A stretch of 64,000 nt of DNA from positions 83,702,001-83,766,000 of the forward strand of contig CM059432.1 in the NCBI GenBank assembly GCA_030390025.1. The letters are read 5' to 3'. The stretch is from Squalus acanthias. Taxonomy: Eukaryota. The translations under genes were made by a program, and so were the position numbers. The notes below the pieces were generated by a model. It saw nothing but the letters and a program-made list of their open reading frames with translations, was not told the origin of the DNA and ran no database searches. Shown here piece by piece: positions 34,931-46,914 of the stretch; position 1 is the stretch's first letter; the number at the start of each line of letters is the position of its first letter.

Positions 34931-36370
34931 ACCGCAAATGTAACACCCCTATTTAAGAAAGGAGGGAGACAGAAAGCAGGAAACTATAGACCAGTTAGCC
35001 TAACATCTGTTGTTGGGAAAATGCTGAAGTCCTTCATTAAGGAAGCAGTAGCAGGGCATTTGGAAAATCATAATACAGTCAAGCAGAGTCAGCATGGTTT
35101 TATGAAAGGGAAATCATGTTTAACAAACTTGCTGGAGTTCTTTGAGGAGGTAACGAGCAGGGTGGACAAAGGTGAACCAGCGGATGTGGTGTATTTGGAT
35201 TTCCAGAAGGCATTCGATAAGGTGCCACATAAAAGGTTACTGCATAAGATAAGAGCTCACAGAATTGGGGGTAATATATCAGCATGGATAGAGAATTGGC
35301 TAACTAACAGAAAGCAGAGAGTCGGGATAAATGGGTCATTTTCCGGTTGGCAAACGGTAACTAGTGGGGTGCCACCGGGATCGGTGCTGGGGCCTCAACT
35401 ATTTACAATCTACATTAATGACTTGGATGAAGGGACCGAGTGTAATGTAGCCAAGTTTGCGGATGATACAAAGATGGGTGGGAAAGCAAGTTGTTCAGCG
35501 GACTCAAAGAACCTGCAAAGGGATATAGACAGCTAAGTGAGTGGGCAAACATTTGGCAGATGGAGTATAATGTGGGAAAGTGCGAGCTTATACACTTTGG
35601 CAGGAAAAATAAAAAAAGCAAATTATTATTTAAATGGAGAGAGGTTACAAAATGCTACAGTTCAGAGGGACCTGGGGGTCCTTGTGCATGATCACAAAAA
35701 GTTAGCATGCAAGTAATCAAAAAGGCAAATGGAATGTTGGCCTTTATTTCAGAAGGGTTGGAGTATAAAAGCAGGGAAGTCCTGTTACAACTGTACTGGG
35801 TATTAGTGAGACCACACCTTGAGTACAGTTTTGGTCTCCTTATTTAAGGAAGGATATACTTGCATTGGAGGCAGTTCAGAGACGATTCACTAGGTTAATT
35901 CCAGAGATGAGGGGGTTGACTTATGAGGAAAGGTTGAGCAGGCTGGGCCTATACTCATTGGAATTTGGAAGAATGAGAGGTGATCTTATTAACACATATA
36001 AGATACTGAGGGGGCACGACAAGGTAGATGCAGAAGGATGTTTCCCCTTGTGGGGAAATCTAGAATGCGGGAGCACAGTTTTAGAATAAAGGGTCGCCCT
36101 TTTAGAACTGAGATGAGAGGAATTTCTTCTCTCTGAGGGTCGTAAATCTGTGGAATTCTCTGCCCCAGAGAGCTGTGGAGGCTGGGTCATTAAATACATT
36201 TAAGGTGGAGATAGACAAATCTTTGCAAGATAAGGGAGTGAAGGGTTATGGGGAGCGGGCTGGGAAGTGGCTTTGAGCCCAAGATCAGTCATGATCTTAT
36301 TGAATGGCAGAGCAGGCTCGAGGGGCCAAGTGGCCTATTCCTGCTCCTATTTCTTATGTTCTTATGTTTC
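34931..36370 (+). mobile_element. CR1 ORF2 RT and 3' end (continuation of 27900-29046)
   Basis: SQHGFMKGKSCLTNL..YLDFQKAFDKVPH..FADDTK; tail (ttcttatg)n at ~36350-36370. Confidence 0.93.
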
Positions 36371-36379
36371 TTAATTGTT

Positions 36380-37830
36380 TATCCAATTTTCCTTAAACTA
36401 TGCAATGGCTTCTGCCTCAATACTCCCTGTTGAACAGCTTTCCATGCTCCAACAAGCCTCAATGTAAAGACATTTCTCTTCAACCTTCTCTGCACTCGCT
36501 TAGTGATAATTTTAAATTGATGACCATCCCTCTCATCACTGACTTCCTAACCGAAGGAAGTAGTCTCTCCTTATTTACTGTATCAAAACACTTCATAATT
36601 TTAAACACCTCTATTAAATCTCCCCTTAGCCTTCCCTGTTCCAATGGAGATACTCCCAGTATTTCAGGTCTACCTCATAACTATAGTTTCCCTGCCCTGA
36701 CATAATTCTGGTGAATCTACACTGTGTGCTCTCTATGGCTTCAATGGCTTTAATGGCTTTTATATAATGAGATGCTCAAAACCACACACCATACTCTCAT
36801 TGTGGCCTAACCAATGTTTTGTATAATTCATAATTACTTCTTTACCCTCTACTCTATGTGGTAGAAATTGGTTATGGTCCACTTTTGGGCACATAACTAA
36901 TGGGCGTGCAGAGGCCTAAATTGGGCCTCCGGCATTATTTGAATAATTTGGGTGAGCTGCCAGTGTCTCCAGAGGCAGCTCGTCCAATTTTAAGGGATCA
37001 ATTTTGGACCTCCTGGTGAATCCCATGGGGGAGAGGGTGAAGGACAATGGTAGGGGGGACTTAATATGGGGTTGAACGTATTTCAGGCACCCTTGGGGCT
37101 TGGAAATAGCCCATCCAAAATTGATACTACTTGGCTAGAAAATGAGAAAGCGAGGACCAATTACTACACCTATGCCTCTACTTATAAAACTCAGAATTCT
37201 AATGGCCATTTTATTGGCTGTATCAATTTCGGGAAATTATGTATTTGAACCCCTAGGTCTCTCTGTTGACCGACAACCTTCAGCATCTTTCTGTTAAGTG
37301 TATAGTCCCATTCCTTATTTTTCTCCGAAAATACATTTTGTTACATTTATCCACATTAAATTGCATCTGCTAGCTGTCTTCCCGTTCCACTAATCTGCCT
37401 ATGTCTTCTAAAGTCTTTTACAGTCCTCCTCACTTCTGGCCAAACTTCCTACATCTGTGTTGTCGGCAAATTTCGAGACTTTTCTCCCTATGCCCAAGTC
37501 CAAATCATCTATATACACAGAGAACAAAAGTGGACCCAATACTGATCACTGAGAGACATCACTTCCAACTCTTCTCTAATCATCCTACTTTTTGTTCCCC
37601 ATCCATCAACCAACTTTCTATTCATGCTGCTACATTTCCTTTTATACAATTTGCCTTAATTTTTGCAACAAGCCACTTAATCAAATGGCTTCTGAAAATC
37701 TATATACACTACATCTACTGCCGTCCCTTTATCTACCCAATCAGTTACTTCTTCAAAAAAATCTAGTAAATTTGCTAAATACAATTTACCTTTAACAAAC
37801 CCATGCTGTCTGTCCTTGATTAACCAATGT
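36380..37830 (-). mobile_element. Degraded CR1-like fragment(s), with a probable old insertion at ~36860-37250
   Basis: Decayed reverse-complement CR1 motifs such as catttatccacattaaattgcatctgc and tcggcaaattt (FADD region). Confidence 0.55.
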
Positions 37831-37879
37831 ATGTCATAGAATTGTAGAAATTAGTTTTATTTTGAATTATGGATTCTAA

Positions 37880-38636
37880 GGGCTGGATTTTCAATGAGCC
37901 GTGGAGTCGGGTTTGGGGGCGTGTGGGGGGTTAAAGTTGCAGATTCGGGGGTCCCGACCCCATCCCGCCTCCAACCCGCCTCCACGCAATTTTGATAAAA
38001 TCATGTGCGGTGTTCCCGACTCCGTCCCACCTCCAAGAGGCGGGAGAGGCCATTAAAGCCCTTAATAAGCCCTAAATTGGCTCTGTAATGCCATTTTGAA
38101 ACATTTTAGCTAGTTTAACCCTTTTCTGGCGTGAAGCATGCCTGATGTGAAACACTCCAGTGAAACCTGGCGGGAGCACAAGTGGATAGCTGACTATCAG
38201 CTGCAGGTCCACTATTACAACGGAGATGTGATGAAGGTAGTAGTAGTATTAGGTCTGAAAGTCACCTCTGATGCTGCTGCATTGAATGTCTTCAGAGACT
38301 GCCGGGGCCTTTGGAGGACCTGGATGGAAAAAAAATTCTCTCTCTCTCTCTCTCTGAGATGCTGCTCATTTTGCATCCAGGTCCTCTCACAGCAAAGGCC
38401 AGGCAATCTCTGAGACCAGGCAGTCTCTGACCTGCAATGCAGCAGCAATGATGACATCATCAGAGGCGACTTTCAGACTGAAACCACTAATTGGTTCATG
38501 GGTTCCCACATGCTGGAACTCAATTGCCCAATTAAGTGAAAATTGCATCAATCTCCCACATCCAATTGCAGGCGGGTGGATAACACGAAATGCGGATGAC
38601 ACGACCCCAACCCACCCCAGTATCAAAATCCAGCCC
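37880..38636. mobile_element. Harbinger-type MITE
   Basis: Perfect 12-bp TIR gggctggatttt / aaaatccagccc; flanks taa/tat. Confidence 0.82.
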
Positions 38637-38734
38637 TATGAGTTTGCCCACAGGGGATTATAAAATAATTGGTCTATAGTATGCTTGGTTTATCCTTCAC
38701 TACCTTCTTGAAGAAGATCACTAAAATATCATGA

Positions 38735-39400
38735 ACAGGTACAGAAAATAATCAAAAAGGCTAATGGAATGCTGGCCTTTATATCTAGAGGACTAGAATA
38801 CAAGGGGTAGAAATTATGCTGCAGCTATACAAAACCCTGGTTAGACCACACCTGGAGTACTGTGAGCAGTTCTGGACACTACACCTTAAAGGATAAATTG
38901 GCTTTGGAGGGAGTGCAGCATAGGTTTACCAGAATGATACCTAGTCTTCAAGGATTAAATTATGAGGAGAGATTGCACAAAATAAGGTTTTATTCCCTAG
39001 AATTTAGAAGGTTAAGGGGTGATCTGATTGAAGTTTTCAAGATATTAAGGGGAACAGATAGGGTAGACAGAGAGAAACTATTTCCGCTGGTTGGGGATTC
39101 TAGGACTAGGGGCCATAGTCTAAAAATTAGAGCCAGACCTTTCAGGAGTGAAATTAGGAAACACTTCTACACACAAAGGGTGGTAGAAGTTTGGAACTCT
39201 CTTCTGCAAACGGCAATTGATGCTAGATCAATTGTTAATTTTAAATTGAAGATTGATAGCTTTTTGTTAACCAAAGGTATTAAGGGATATGGACCAAAGG
39301 CAGGTATATGGAGTTAGATTGCAGATCAGGCATGATCTCATTGAATGGCGGAACAGGCTCAAGGGCTGAATGGCCTACTCCTGTTCCTCTGTTCCTATGT
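38735..39400 (+). mobile_element. CR1 3' fragment
   Basis: LEGVQHRFTRMIP..SLEFRRLRGDLIE..RVVEVWNSL; CR1 tail at ~39330-39400. Confidence 0.9.
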
Positions 39401-39433
39401 TACATTGGCTACTTTCCAGTTCCAGAACACAAT

Positions 39434-40228
39434 GGCTCTGAATTTGTGGTTGGTATGACGGCGGATTCTCAGAGTTCGCTGTCATACCGCCTTTGAAACT
39501 GACCGCAACTTCGCGATTTGGCGCATGCGCAAACACATGTGGAAATCCTGAAGTTGCAGTCTGTCAATGACAGCTCTGAAACTGGCAGCGCTGTGCACCC
39601 CCTCCCCCCCACCCCACCCCACACCCACAGAGCCGGCAATCAGTGAAATCTCGTAAATCATTGAAACTGACGAAAACTTCGGCTCTTCCACAGTAATTAC
39701 GCTGTTAAATTCCTCACTAAATTTAGACCCAAAGGGATTAGGCGTAACTGCCGTTTTAACAGCATTATTACTGCTAAACAAATGTTAAGGGACTGAAAAC
39801 TAATTTTAATTTTGTGCAGTGTGAAATTTGTCCATTTTAATAAAAAATTAAAATTTTTAAGAACCTTTTCAAAATAATTCATTATTTTAAAAGTTTGCCC
39901 ATCTTTATTTCAGGTTTGCCTTTTCCCCATGTGAGAGCCCCAATCTTTCTTTTGCCCTCTAACATTTTTAAAAAGTTAGAATTTTAAGGGCTTACTCACT
40001 TCCTTGTTCGCTGTCTGTGAGAATTCTGCCTTTTGATTTGCTGCTTAGACAGCTTGTTGACGTCACAACACTTCGCTCAAGGGGATCCCCATTAAGTTCT
40101 GTTGAATTGAATTCAAGGTCGGAAAACCCAAAGTTCTCGACACAGGGATTGTGAGATCCCTGCGCGGAGCATTCATCAGGGCCAGCAGCTAACGCCTTCG
40201 CTTCCCTGCTGACTGCAAATTCCAGGCC
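39434..40228. mobile_element. Harbinger-type MITE
   Basis: Termini ggctctgaatttg / caaattccaggcc; TSD AAT on both sides. Confidence 0.75.
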
Positions 40229-40547
40229 AATATTCCTTTGATAAGGTGGAGCCGGGTGGAAAGAAGTGTTACAAGGTCTGACAAAGAAGCCACAGTCAAG
40301 AGGATGGAAGAAAAGCCACAGATACGACATCCTCCAAAGTGAATAGTTTCCATACAAACAAAAACAAATGTCTTTAATGAATTAAAAACAAGTTAATATT
40401 GTGTTACAGTATGGGCAGGATACACACTACTGAGATTTCTATATCCAAATAGATTCCACTTGGGTCACTTTGTTTCATGCCCTCTTTGCCCTTTGAAACA
40501 TTTGACTCATGGTGATGTTGAAAAGAAAGTAACAGACAGCTATAGAT

Positions 40548-41445
40548 ACAGGAACATAAAAATATAGGAACAGGAGTAGGCCATTCACCTCCTCGAGCCT
40601 GTTCCACCATTCAATTAGATCATGGCTGATCTGTATATTAACTCCATCTACCCGCCTTGGTTTTGTAACCCTTAATACCCTTGCCTAACAAAAATTTATC
40701 AATCTCAGTTTTGAAATTTTCAATTGACCTAGCCTCAACAGCTTTTTGGGGGAGAGAGTTCCAGATTTCCACCACCCTTTGTGTGAAGAAGTGCTTCCTG
40801 ACATCATCCCTGAATGGCCTAGCTCTAATTTTAAGGTTATGCCCCTTTGTTCTGGACTCTCTCACCTGAGGAAATAGTTCCTCTCTATCTATCCTATCAA
40901 ACCCTTTAATCATCTGAAACATTTCAATTAGATCACTCCTTAATCTTCTATATTCAAGGGAATACAATCCTAGTCTATGCAACCTGTCTTCATAATTTAA
41001 CCCTTTTAACCCTGAAATCATTCTGGTGGATCTGCGCTGCACCCACTCCGAGGCCAATATATCCTTCCTGAGGTGTAGTGCTCAGAACTAAATGCAGTTA
41101 CTCCAGATGGAGTCTAACTAGAGCCCTGTACAGCTGTAACATAACTTCCACCCTTTGTATTCCAGCCCCCTTGAGATAAAGGCTAACATTCCATTAGCCT
41201 TTTAAATTATTTTTTTGTACCTGTCCACTAGCTTTTAGTGATTTCTGAACTTGGACCCCAAAATCTCTCTGCTCATCCACAGTTCCTAGCTTATCACCAT
41301 TTAGAAAAGACACTGATCTATCTTTCCTGGGTCCAAAGTGGATGACCTCGCACTTCCCAACATTGAACTCCATCTGCCACAGTTTTGCCCACTCACTTTA
41401 ACTATCAATTTCCCTTTGCAACTTTCTACTCCCATCTACACTATT
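40548..41445 (-). mobile_element. CR1 3' fragment
   Basis: ORF 40638..41057 is a CR1 ORF2 C-terminus; tail at ~40550-40630. Confidence 0.9.
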
Positions 41446-41933
41446 GGGGTCTTAGGGGGTGAAATTCAGTACCTTAGCGCCTCCAGTAAGCACCTGGCGG
41501 GGGTGCTGAGGCAGTAGCGCCATGGTGAGGTGAATCCAGCGGCACACGCCAAATCTGGACCCCCGTAGCGCTGCCGCTATGAGTTAGCGCCGGGGTCTTC
41601 AGCACCAGGCAGATCATGACATCAATGAGCGTGCAACGCTCACTGGGCGCCCGATCTGCAAAATTAATTGTTGCCCCCTACCTTAGCGCCTCGTCCCGAC
41701 AGTGACAGGGAGAGGAGGTGTGACGCAGTAACTGGCTCCAGGGGTACTACTTAAAGGGATCATGAGTAATGAATCGCAGCTCTCAGATCAGTGGTGTTTC
41801 ACTGCTTCCTTGTCAGTTTGACATTGAATTCACAGTTATTGAAAGGTTGTTTAGTCTCCGGAGTGTTGTGGCTACTAAAAATTAGTTACATTTATTCTCA
41901 CAACATATCAAAGTGCTGCACTTCGTTACATTA

Positions 41934-43091
41934 ATGGGGGTTGTACTGGCAGTCGACCTCGCCCTCCAGGATCTACGGCAGAGGGAGCGGAGGCAGCGAG
42001 AAAGATTGGAACATGTGGCCAGAGTGAGGAGGAGGGCCATGAGGGTTCTCAACAGGAGGCCTTACCCTCCAAGGGTATTCCGACAGCACTTCTTCTACCT
42101 CCAATTAAGTGAGGAGCAGTGTATTAGAAGGCTCCACTTCACCAAGTAGGTGGTCACAGAACTCTGACACCTTCTGCAACCAGACCTCCAGCCTCAGATC
42201 AGGGCGACCATGGCTCTCTCAGCGGCAGTCAAGGTCACTGTCGCCCTCAATGTCTTCACCAACGATCCTTCCAGTCTGCAACAGGAGATATAGCTAACAT
42301 CTCGCAGTTCGCCATCCACCGCTGCATCTGGGAGATCACAGAGGCTCTCTACAGTAGGAGAAGGGACTACATTTCCTTCCCCATCACCAGAGAGAAGCAG
42401 AATGAGCGTGCATGTGGCTTTGCCAGGATAGCGAGATTCCCCATGATTCAGGGTGCCATTGACTGCACACACGTGGATTTGCGGGCACCGCATAACAATC
42501 CTGACATCTTCCGTAACTGCAAAGGCTAACACTCACTTAATGTACAGTTGGTGTGTGACCACAGACAGCAAATTCTCAATGTGAATGCCCGCTATCCAGC
42601 AACCACGATGCCTTCATCCTGTTCCAGACCAGTGTGCCAGCGCTCTTCCAGCCACCACGTCAAGCTTGCGGCTGGCTGGTTGGATGACACTCCTCTGCAA
42701 CCCCAACACTCCTGCCCAGCACTCATATAATGAGAGTCATGCCGCTACTAGGAACATCATTGAGCAGACCATTGGGGTGCTCAAGCAACGGTTCCGCTGA
42801 CTTGACCACTCGGGAGGGGCCCTCCAGTAGTCGCCAGAGCGGGTGTCCCATTTTGTGATGGTCAGCTGCATGCTCCACAATTTGGCCATCATGAGGGCCC
42901 AGCCCTTGTCACCAGGGATTGTTGGACCACCTCAGGAGGAGGAAGAGGGAGAGGAGGAGGAGGAGGAGGACGAGGAGGAAGAGGAGGAGGAGGAGGAGGA
43001 GGAGGAACAGGAGCGAGGGAGGAGGCAGCCAGCCAATTGATCTTCCAGAAGGGCGGTCCATGACCGCCTCATCAGACTGCGGTTCCAATAA
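41934..43091 (+). pseudogene. Harbinger DDE transposase (HARBI1-like family), inactivated
   Basis: LSEEQCIRRLHFTK, VKVTVALN.F, GAIDCTHV, SLNVQLVCD, YNESHAATRNIIEQTIGVLKQRFR, CMLHN; several stops; the GDxGY segment appears deleted. Confidence 0.92.
42935..43010 (+). repeat. (GAG)n-rich repeat encoding a poly-Glu transposase tail
   Basis: Directly visible; translates EEEEGEEEEEEDEEEEEEEEEEEQE. Confidence 0.95.
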
Positions 43092-43277
43092 ATTAAACCC
43101 CAGATCCCCGTTGCTCACCGCATCCCCATCATTCCATCCCTGTCGCAGGCCATATCACAGCACAAAACTGAAATGAGAGACACCACAAAAGAAATGAGAC
43201 ACACCATGAAATAATCCAAACAGAATTAATAAATTTATCAATAATCAGTTAACACATATTTACAACAATAATACTAG

Positions 43278-45428
43278 CTATTCACCCTTGTGCAATCCCT
43301 TATTGCCTCTCGTTACTGTGCCTTTGCCTACTCTAGTGCTCCTACGAAGTGTTGGCCCAGTGGCTGCAGCACGGCTGGTGGAAGGCTGCTGAGTGTCCGT
43401 GCGGGAGACTTCAGATGGCCTTGCAGGACACCCTCGACCAGTCCTGGGCCTAGAAGGCCCGGCTGTAGACTGCACCACCTCAACATGGGCGGCAGCAGTC
43501 TGGGATGGCTGGATGATAGGCAGCGACAAGGGCAATGGTGGAGTGCCAGCGGTGGGAGCAGGAATGCTGTCATCCTGAGAGAGGACAGCAGGGTCCTGCT
43601 CCACTGACCCACTGCCACTCCCCCAGGGCAGCACCTCAGCATCCCTCGCAATCTGTTGGAGCACAGATTGCTGGCCTGCAGTGACACCGTGAAAACCCCG
43701 GTCGACGGTGGTAGACCCAGCCACGATGGCAGCAGACAGAGCTTGCATGGCATCAAACTGAGACTGCATGAGAGCAGTCTGAGATTGAATGGCACCAACC
43801 ATAGACTGCATCACAGCACTAAGACGTTGCATCTCTTCCGCCTGTGCTGCAATGGAAGCTGCTGATCGCCCATCACACACGGCATCAGGTCTGGGTCGCC
43901 ACGGTCTCTCTGGGAGTCGACCATCCTTTCCAGACTGGAAATTATACGCTCCATGGTGTGCGCAGAGCTTTGTGCAATGTTGGAGGCGGACTCCTCCACG
44001 CTCATTACCATTGCCGAGAGGCTCTCGGGCACCCTTGCCAGTGCACCTATCATCTCCGTGTGCATGCCCATCACGCTTCTTCTAAACGCCTCCCCATCAA
44101 GGTTCTCATCTGAGTCCTGTGCAGCAGAACTCGCATGTGAGCTCGCCCTCCGAGGAGCTGGCCCCGAGATACCCTTTCCCCCTGGCCTTGCTGCAGCCCG
44201 CTCATTCTTGGTGCATCACCCTGTGCAGATTCCGCTACTATACTAGCCTCTAAAAACGCGTAGTGCCAGTATCTCAGCTGGTGCCTGCGGGTGAGATATG
44301 CAGTGACGCAGTGTGTTCTTCCTCCTCCTCTTCTCCCGCCTCGCTCTCAACGGTGCCCTCAGGGACAGGCTGCTCAGGTGCTTGCTCATTATCTGAAAGC
44401 ATAAAGGCACAAGAGATGGGTTAAGGTGAGGGGAGGGGGGCAGGAAGGGAGAAAGGCATGCATACAGCATGATTAGCTGGAAAGTGCAAAAGTCTTGTGG
44501 GGTGAGGGGGAAGTGGCATGTGAGAAGAAGGAGTAGGGATGAACATACTGGTGTTGTCCCCAAGGGGGTCAACGTCACTGGTGGCCACGGCGCCCACCAC
44601 CTGGCACCCAATAATCTCCAGCATTCTATTTTCCAGTGCAGATTGTGGTTGGGTGTCGGCTTGTCCCCTGCCTGTGGGCTCCTGCTCCCTCCTGTTGTGA
44701 GCCACCTTGGCCTGCAAATGAAAGGAAAGTGTGTGAGTGAGTGTGGAGCAATGTGTTTGGGTGATGTGCCTGCCATAGTTGAATAGCTGTCATTGTGTGC
44801 AAGGTGTGAGATGTGGGTGTGAGTGTTGGTAGGTAGGGATTGTTGGTGGGTGAGCGCTGGGGGTGTGGTACTTTGGGCAGCGTGTGCAGACTGAGGTTCA
44901 GATGGTGGTATGTAGCATTTGTTGCATTGACTCACCCTGACCACCTGAGTGAGGTCATTAAATTTCTTCCTGCACTGTGTATGGGTCCTGGGGACCACTT
45001 CTTCTTCTTCTTAGGCAGTCCCTCGGAACCGAGAATGACTTGCTTCCACATTAAAAATGAGTTCACAGGTGACTGGTGAGTCCAATGCGGGACCTACAGT
45101 CTCTGTCACAGGTGGGGCAGACGGTGGTTGAAGGGGTGGGTGGGTGGGGTGCTTGGGTTGACGTGCGCTCCTTGCGCTGCCTGCTCTTGGCTTCCACTTG
45201 CTCCCGGCGAAGAGACTCGAGGTGTTCAGGCGCCTTCCTGGGGACCACAGTGCTGCGCAAGACATGCTGGGCTACCTCCCTCCACATGACATGGAAGACT
45301 TGCGGCGAGTGCCTCCTGCCACTTGCTGGGTAGAGCACTGCCCTCTGTCTCTCCATAACAGACACCAACTCCTCCAATGCTTGGTCTGAAAATCTGTGGG
45401 CTATCTCCCTGAGGTGTGAATCTGCCAT
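43278..45428 (-). pseudogene. Harbinger Myb/SANT-like (trihelix) DNA-binding protein gene, 3 exons, disrupted
   Basis: Exon 1 45428-44936 (RFSDQALEELV..WREVAQHV..RTHTQCRKKFNDL, split by an RTE insert), exon 2 44711-44549, exon 3 from 44392; all boundaries GT-AG. Confidence 0.85.
44999..45235 (-). mobile_element. Short 5'-truncated RTE 3' end with (AAG)n tail
   Basis: 13-bp TSD tcctggggaccac (44986-44998, 45236-45248); encodes C2H2 finger CPTCDRDCRSRIGLTSH; matches positions 1-95. Confidence 0.95.
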
Positions 45429-45776
45429 CATGACACCTGCTTGAGTCATCAGGCTCCTTGAGCTTGGCCTGCTCCTGCTTGCTAACACAGGTTCACAGCC
45501 AGCAATGTTGAGAATGAAGTTCTGCAGCATCAATGAACCTCCCCTTAAGAACTGGAAAGAGCTTGTGGGAATGATGACTTGTGATTAGACTGCACCTGAT
45601 ATTGGTTAGCACTTTGAGTGTAGCGCCACTGAGTTACGTCATTAGCACTCCAATCCTTCCTTTGAGCGATGAGACTCAATTTTGCGTGCAGCGTGATTCA
45701 TTAGCGCCTGGCGCTAATTCTCAAACTTTTCAAAAGTTACTGCCATTCCTGGGCTATATTGAATTTCTCCCCCTTG

Positions 45777-46080
45777 GGTTCAGGATAAGGGGTCGGCCTT
45801 TTAAGACTGAGATGAGGAGGAGTTTCTTTACTCAGAGGGTTGTGAATCTTTGGAATTCTTTGTCCCAAAGTGCTGTGGATGCTCAGTCGTTGAGTACATT
45901 CAAGGCTGAGATAGATAGATTTTTGGACTCTAGAGGAATCAAGGGATATGGGGATAGGATATGAAAGTGAAGTTGAGGTCGAAGATCAGCCATAATCTTA
46001 TTGAATGGCGGAGCAGGCTCGAGGTGCCGTAAGGCCTACTCCTGCTCCTAATTCTTATGTTCTTGTGTTCTTATGTTCTT
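45777..46080 (+). mobile_element. CR1 3' end
   Basis: RIRGRPFKTEMRRSFFTQRVVNLWNSL; (ttcttatg)n tail. Confidence 0.9.
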
Positions 46081-46094
46081 ATTTACCATGCAAC

Positions 46095-46910
46095 CTAACA
46101 GGCTGTTAAGAGAAGCAAGGGAGGAAATAGCAGAGGCTCTAACCATTATTTTCCAATCCTCTCTGGCTACAGATGTGGTGCCAGAGAACTGGAGGACTGC
46201 TAAAGTTGTACCATTGTTTAAAAAGGAAGAAAAGGATAGACTGAGTAATTACAGGCCAGTCAGCCTAACCTTGGTGGTGGGCAAATTATTGGATAAAATT
46301 CTGAGCAACAGTATAAATCGTCATTTAGAAAGGCATGGATTAATCAATAACAGTCAACATGGATTTATTAAGTGAAGGTCGTGTCTGACTAACTTGATTG
46401 AATTTTTTGTGAAGGTAGCAAGGAGGGTTGATGAGGGTAGCGCGTTTGATGTAGTCTACATGAATTTTAGCAAGGCTTTTGGCAAGGTCCCACATGGCAA
46501 ATTGGTCAGAAAACTAAAAGCCCATGGGATCCAAGGGAAAGTGGCAAATTGGATCCAAAATTGGCTCAGTGGCAGGAAGCAAAGGGTAATGGTCGACGGG
46601 TGTTTTTGTGATGGGAAGGCTGTTTCCAGTGGGATTCTGCAGGGCTCAGTACTCGGTCCCTTGCTTTCTGTGGTATATATCAATGATTTAGACTTCAATG
46701 TAGTCACTGCATAAAAGGGTGGTAGAGGCAGAAACCCTCATTGCATTTAAAAAGTACTTGGATATGCACTTGAAGTGCCGTAGCTTACAAGGCTACAGAC
46801 CAAGAGCTAGAAAGTGGGATTAGGCTAGATAGCTCTTTTTTGGCCGGCACAGACACGATGGGCCGAATGGCCTCCTTCTGTGCTATAAACTTCTATGGTT
46901 CTATAATTCT
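46095..46910 (+). mobile_element. CR1 RT fragment joined to a CR1 3' end (internal deletion)
   Basis: ORFs 46073..46375 and 46394..46714 are CR1 RT; tail atgggccgaatggcctccttctgtgct. Confidence 0.85.
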
Positions 46911-46914
46911 AACT

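Larger units (their letters stand above)
41455..45773. mobile_element. PIF/Harbinger DNA transposon A (convergent transposase and Myb/SANT genes), decayed
   Basis: TIR gggggtgaaattca / tgaatttctccccc (13 of 14); flanks tta/ttg; both characteristic Harbinger genes present. Confidence 0.92.

Noticed and set aside
41934..43091. Domesticated HARBI1 host gene
   Set aside because: Multiple stops, a deleted catalytic segment, flanking TIRs and a paired Myb gene indicate a decayed transposon.
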